From contig OY968796.1 in the NCBI GenBank assembly GCA_963695545.1, positions 2,592,001-2,656,000 of the forward strand: 64,000 bases of DNA, read 5' to 3'. This document shows, piece by piece, positions 59,421 through 64,000 of this stretch. The position numbers and the translations under genes were made by a program. The DNA comes from Terriglobia bacterium. Lineage in GTDB: Bacteria; Acidobacteriota; Terriglobia; Acidiferrales; UBA7541. Numbering within the stretch: the first letter of the stretch is position 1; each line of letters begins with the position of its first letter. The notes beneath the pieces are model-generated. The model was not told the DNA's origin and made no database searches. It was given only the letters and a program-made list of their open reading frames with translations.

Positions 59421-62093
59421 ATGCGCACAAAGTCCGCAGCCATTTGCGGTTTGCTCGTTTTCATCGGCCTAGCTGCCTTCTGTTCGCCTCTGTTCTCTCA
59501 AAATTCCCAAACCACGCAGGACGCCGGCTCGGTCGAGGTGCCCTTGCAAGTGATCGTGGTGCGCACTCCGGAGGAAGCGCAAGCCATCCTCGAGCGCCTG
59601 AAAAATGGCGAAGACTTTGGCGCCCTCGCCAAAGAAAATTCCATCGATCCAACGGCGAGTTCCGGCGGCTTCATGGGTTTTCTCGCGCCCGATTCGCTGC
59701 GGCCAGAATTGAGAGACGCCCTGAAAGGACTGGCCGCCGGTCAAATCACCGGCGTCATAGACGTCCCTAGCGGCTACGCCATCCTGAAAGTCATGGCCAA
59801 TGGAAGCAACGTCAATAGGTACAGACCCAGCGGCATGGGCGACGTCTCGCCGGATCTCGCACGAAGTTTTGATTTGGCTGCCACGGGCGCTGTGAAATAC
59901 GCGCCTCCTGTTGACGGTCTTGGCGAGATGGAAATCGTCCTTAGCCAGTTTCCGAAACCTCGCGGATGGAATGCCGATCCAGACACCGCCTGCGCGATCC
60001 GCAAGCAGTCCGTCGTTGAGATGATCGCCAAGCTCAGCAGCGCGCTGGCGCCGGAAAATCAGGCCGCTCTTTCAGGCCGCGCGCCCATTGACGTTATGCA
60101 GCTTCACGTTGGCCTTGCTCAACTTTATGCCTTTCAGGGCGACATGACGCCCTCGATTGAGCACTACGAGGCCGCGTACCGAATCGCGTTGTCCGACGTT
60201 CCGGCGGCGGTGCCTCAGGAGGAAGAGTCGTTGGGAATCGTGTATCTCCATAAGTCGGAAATGGACAATGACGTGTACAGTAAGCCTGGCCAGAAGTGTA
60301 TTTTTCCGATGCGCCCAGGGACCGCGTATGAGCACACCGATGATTCCCAAAAGGCTGTCGATTACTTCCTGAAATATCTCGAAACGAAGCCGGACGAATT
60401 GGAAGTTAAGTGGCTGCTTAATCTTGCTTATATGACGATGGGAAAATATCCTGGCGCGGTCCCTCAGAAATACTTGATTCCGCTCTCCGCATTTGAATCC
60501 AAGGAAGATATCGGGCGGTTTCTGGACGTGGCGTCGGCGGCGGGCCTCAATTCCTTCTCCGAGGCCGGCGGCGTGATCGTCGACGATTTTGAAAATAACG
60601 GCCGGTTCGACGTAGTGACTTCCAGCTTCGACAGTTGCAGCTCGCTGCGCTATTTCCACAACAATGGCGATGGCACCTTCACGGACCAGACGGAAAAATC
60701 CGGATTGTCCAAGGTGCTTGGCGGCCTCAACATCATTCAAACCGATTACAACAACGACGGCTGCCTGGATATTTTAGTTCTTCGTGGCGCTTGGGAATTT
60801 GCGCAACGCACCAGCTTGCTCCGGGGCAATTGCGACGGCACGTTCACCGACGTCACCGAGCAAAGCGGCCTGGGCAACGTGACGACAACGTCGCAAGCCG
60901 GCGTCTGGGCGGACATCAACAACGACGGATGGCTCGACCTGTTCATCGCCAACGAAAACGGCCCGAACGAACTTTTTCTCAACATGAAGAACGGTACATT
61001 CAAAGACATCGCGCTATCCGCGGGAGTCGCCGGCGACGGCACGGCGTATTCCAAGGGCGTTGCCGCAGCGGACTACGACAACGACGGATATGTGGATTTC
61101 TACGTCTCGAATTTAGCCGGCCCCAACTCTCTGTATCACAATAATCACGACAATACGTTTACCGAAGCCGCCGAGAAGGCCGGGGTGCGTGGCAACGGCA
61201 AAAGTTTCGCCACGTGGTTTTTCGATTACGACAACGATGGCCTCCCAGATATTTTCGTGACCAGCTATTTTGTTTCGGTCGACGAAACTCTCCGCACGTA
61301 TCTGGATCTTCCCCACAACGCCACGACCCTCAAGCTATATAAGAATCTCGGAGATGGCACTTTTCGCGATGTCACCAAGGAAGTCGGCCTCGACAAGGTG
61401 TTCATGCCCATGGGAGCAAATTTCGGCGACGTCGATAATGACGGCTATCCGGACATCTACCTCGGTACCGGAGGTCCGTCTTACGGCGCGCTCGTGCCCA
61501 ACGTCCTGCTTCGCAACGATGAGGGCAAACATTTCACCGACATCACCGCTTCGTCCGGCACGGGCGAGCTTCACAAAGGCCATGGCATCGCCTTTGCCGA
61601 CCTTACGAACACCGGAAATGAGGACATCATTGCGGAGATTGGCGGAGCCACGCCGGGCGATCGCCATGCGCTGCGCCTTTTTGAAAATCCAGGCCATGAC
61701 AACGATTGGATCGCCTTGAAGCTTGTGGGGGTTAAGACCAATCGCGCGGCCATCGGCGCGCGCATCAAAGTTACCGTGGAGAACAAAGGCCAGGTCGTGC
61801 GCTCGATCTACAGCACCGTGGGCAGCGGCGGATCGTTCGGCGCATCGCCGCTTGAGCAGCACATCGGCTTGGGAAAATCGGCCACGATCCGCAGAATCGA
61901 GATTTTCTGGCCGGTCAGTGGTACGCACCAAATTTTCACCAACGTGGCCAAGAATCAATTCCTCCAAATTACGGAACTGGCGGACAGCTACACGAAGCTA
62001 GACCGCAAGCCCGTACGCCTGGGCGGCCCGCTAAATACCGCGGCAGCCGTTTCAGCGTTGGCGACGGAAAGCCCCGCGTCACATCAGCAATGA
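59421..62093 (+). CDS. Parvulin-type PPIase + TPR + CRTAC1/ASPIC-UnbV fusion
   Basis: EEAQAILERLKNGEDFGALAKENSIDPTASSGGFMG rotamase segment; helical repeats; DYNNDG repeats; GVKTNRAAIGA...EQHIGLG. Confidence 0.9.
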   Translation: MRTKSAAICGLLVFIGLAAFCSPLFSQNSQTTQDAGSVEVPLQVIVVRTPEEAQAILERLKNGEDFGALAKENSIDPTASSGGFMGFLAPDSLRPELRDALKGLAAGQITGVIDVPSGYAILKVMANGSNVNRYRPSGMGDVSPDLARSFDLAATGAVKYAPPVDGLGEMEIVLSQFPKPRGWNADPDTACAIRKQSVVEMIAKLSSALAPENQAALSGRAPIDVMQLHVGLAQLYAFQGDMTPSIEHYEAAYRIALSDVPAAVPQEEESLGIVYLHKSEMDNDVYSKPGQKCIFPMRPGTAYEHTDDSQKAVDYFLKYLETKPDELEVKWLLNLAYMTMGKYPGAVPQKYLIPLSAFESKEDIGRFLDVASAAGLNSFSEAGGVIVDDFENNGRFDVVTSSFDSCSSLRYFHNNGDGTFTDQTEKSGLSKVLGGLNIIQTDYNNDGCLDILVLRGAWEFAQRTSLLRGNCDGTFTDVTEQSGLGNVTTTSQAGVWADINNDGWLDLFIANENGPNELFLNMKNGTFKDIALSAGVAGDGTAYSKGVAAADYDNDGYVDFYVSNLAGPNSLYHNNHDNTFTEAAEKAGVRGNGKSFATWFFDYDNDGLPDIFVTSYFVSVDETLRTYLDLPHNATTLKLYKNLGDGTFRDVTKEVGLDKVFMPMGANFGDVDNDGYPDIYLGTGGPSYGALVPNVLLRNDEGKHFTDITASSGTGELHKGHGIAFADLTNTGNEDIIAEIGGATPGDRHALRLFENPGHDNDWIALKLVGVKTNRAAIGARIKVTVENKGQVVRSIYSTVGSGGSFGASPLEQHIGLGKSATIRRIEIFWPVSGTHQIFTNVAKNQFLQITELADSYTKLDRKPVRLGGPLNTAAAVSALATESPASHQQ

Positions 62094-63028
62094 GCGGAAC
62101 AAAATCGCGCCCGGCGCCCGTGTATCTCAATCGAGCGATGTTCCTCGCTGTCGCGCTTGTCTGCTTTGTAGATGCCGCATCGGCTGCACAGAATTACACC
62201 GTGCGCGGACTCGTGTTGAAGGTCGACAAGCCGAACCGATCCCTGGTTGTTTCTTGCGAAAGAATCCCCAACGTCATGAACGCCATGGTCATGCCGTTCA
62301 CCGTGCGCAGCGCCTCTGAACTCGATGGTTTGGATGCCGGAACCATGATCCAATTCACTCTCGTCGTCGACGGCGAGTCTTCCTACATCACCGCAATTCG
62401 CATTCAAAAATACGAAAGCGTCGAGGCGGATCCGTTAGGCGCCCGGCGCTTGAGCCTCATGGAGGAGGTGGCGAATCCCTCGTCGGCGCCGGCGCAGCTG
62501 AAGACCGGTGACGCCGTGCCCGATTTCTCGCTCATCGACCAGAATAGCCAGCGCGTGGCGCTCTCGCAATTCAAGGGCAAGATTGTGGTCATGACTTTCA
62601 TGTACACGCACTGTGTGCTTCCCAATTTCTGTTTTCGCACCGCCAATAATTTCCGCCTATTGCAGAAGCGCTTTGCCGATCAGTTGGGGAGCAACTTGAT
62701 ATTCATAAGCATCACCTTCGATCCCGAGCACGACACGCCCGCAGCCTTGGCCCAGTACGGCAAGACATGGAACGCGGATCCGAAGAGCTGGAAGCTTCTT
62801 ACGGGGCCTCAGGCCGAAATCGATAAGGTCAGCGGCCAATTCGGGGTGACCTACTTCGCCGACATGGGACTCATAACCCACTCTCTGCATACCGTCATTA
62901 TTACGCGAGACGGAACTTTGGCGGCCAATCTCGAAGGGAACGAATTTAACGCCGATCAGCTCGGCGACCTTGTGCAAACCGTGCTGGCTGGCGCGCGAAA
63001 TCCAAGCACCGCAAGCGCCGCGCAGTAG
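62090..63028 (+). CDS. CusF-like + SCO/SenC copper-binding protein
   Basis: ATGA overlap; RGLVLKVD...CERIPNVMNAMVMPF; PDFSLIDQN, TFMYTHCVLPNFC, SITFDPEHDTP, THS. Confidence 0.88.
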   Translation: MSGTKSRPAPVYLNRAMFLAVALVCFVDAASAAQNYTVRGLVLKVDKPNRSLVVSCERIPNVMNAMVMPFTVRSASELDGLDAGTMIQFTLVVDGESSYITAIRIQKYESVEADPLGARRLSLMEEVANPSSAPAQLKTGDAVPDFSLIDQNSQRVALSQFKGKIVVMTFMYTHCVLPNFCFRTANNFRLLQKRFADQLGSNLIFISITFDPEHDTPAALAQYGKTWNADPKSWKLLTGPQAEIDKVSGQFGVTYFADMGLITHSLHTVIITRDGTLAANLEGNEFNADQLGDLVQTVLAGARNPSTASAAQ

Positions 63029-63085
63029 AGCCAGAGTCGGCGGACGGTCAATTGCCGAATCGAATTTAATCGCAAGGGAGAGCCG

Positions 63086-64000
63086 ATGGATGCGCGCGCC
63101 GAGCACCGGCTTGGACGCAGAAGATTTTTGGCGGGCTTGGCGGCCTGCGGCGCCACGGCAATCGTTCCGAAACAAATTGACGGCGCGTTTCTTCGAGAGC
63201 GGACCGAAAGTGTGTCGGAGACAAAAGAAGTCGCCGAAATTTTCCTGGACATCAACCGGATCTACAAATGGGACACGTCGAATGGAGACACCTGGGATCC
63301 GTTCTGGGCGGACGACGGCAATCTCTACGCATTCAATTGCGATGGCCGTGGTTTTGGCGCGCAAAACAAAATGAATCTGGCCTTCAATCGGCTCGCGGGA
63401 GAAAGTCCGTCGAGCCTCGTCGGCACGCAAGTCAATGAGATGGATGAATACGGCAAGGGCGGCCAAAAGGGCCCCGACAACGCCACGTGGAAAGCTTGCG
63501 GACAGGAATGCATCGACGGCGTTTTCTACGCCTTCGTCTCGAGAAACGTCTACGGCCGCGACAGCAAAGATCCACTTCTCCGCCAATTGGCGAGCAATTC
63601 GAGCCTCATCAAATCAAGCAATCGCGGCCTCAGTTGGACGCGCAGCGCCGGCGAGAACTATGACCATCCGATGTGGCCGGGGAATCGTTTCGGAGCGCCG
63701 TTCTTTATTCACTACGGAATGAATGGCGGCCAGGTCTCGCGAGACGGTGCGAGTGAGTACGTCTACGCGGTTTCCACCAACGGTTTCTGGAATGACGGCG
63801 ACAATCTGATTTTGGGCAGAGTGAAACGCGTAGAGCTTCCCAACCTGAACAGCGCGGATTGGCAATATTTCACCGGCGGAGATGGCGGCGTCGCGACAAA
63901 TTGGTCGCCGCATATCGAAAGTGCTGTCGCGATCATCGATCGCTCCGCCAAGTGTAGACAGACGCCCGCTTGTTACGTGCCCGCGCTGGGAATCTATCTG
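63086..64000 (+). CDS. Tat-exported DUF4185-like beta-propeller protein, partial (runs off the right edge)
   Basis: Translated by hand: GGGAG RBS, MDARAEHRLGRRRFLAG..., GDTWDPFWADDGNLY, SSLIKSSNRGLSW Asp-box; absent from the ORF track. Confidence 0.75.
   Translation, partial: MDARAEHRLGRRRFLAGLAACGATAIVPKQIDGAFLRERTESVSETKEVAEIFLDINRIYKWDTSNGDTWDPFWADDGNLYAFNCDGRGFGAQNKMNLAFNRLAGESPSSLVGTQVNEMDEYGKGGQKGPDNATWKACGQECIDGVFYAFVSRNVYGRDSKDPLLRQLASNSSLIKSSNRGLSWTRSAGENYDHPMWPGNRFGAPFFIHYGMNGGQVSRDGASEYVYAVSTNGFWNDGDNLILGRVKRVELPNLNSADWQYFTGGDGGVATNWSPHIESAVAIIDRSAKCRQTPACYVPALGIYL

Noticed and set aside
45347..62093. Repeated GACTACGACAACGACGG / AACAACGGCGATGGCACGTTCACCGACG DNA motifs as a repeat array or DGR
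   Set aside because: Explained by FG-GAP protein repeats inside the CRTAC1 genes; no reverse transcriptase or adenine-specific TR/VR pattern seen.

Overview
High-GC chromosomal window whose gene content (PadR-ADOP permease, Oar-like TonB receptor, CRTAC1/ASPIC-UnbV proteins) points to an Acidobacterium (inference). 1-36 kb is mostly core or envelope genes: PspC, DoxX, ECF sigma/anti-sigma, Mug glycosylase, macro domain, MidA methyltransferase, an inactive-looking M1 peptidase, lpxB, a heterodimeric ABC exporter, SRP RNA-dnaX-ybaB-recR, PadR-ADOP, a sigma54/PilZ module, a Tat-signalled mannonate dehydratase, tRNA-Gln and tRNA-Ser. 38-64 kb is a sugar-utilisation-like locus with two GH29 fucosidases, an L-fucose dehydrogenase-like SDR, LacI, a TonB receptor, a TPR scaffold, three CRTAC1/ASPIC-UnbV proteins, two multiheme cytochrome c-TPR fusions, a CusF-SCO protein and a DUF4185-like protein. 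Best candidates for an undescribed system: (1) that redox-equipped glycan locus; (2) two inverted, 72% identical non-coding elements at 11.1 and 37.8 kb, each with a promoter and four 9-7-9 recombinase-core-like units, lying among REP-like palindromes and in orientation-matched G/C skew zones. All calls come from reading motifs by eye; no database searches were run and several start codons are uncertain.
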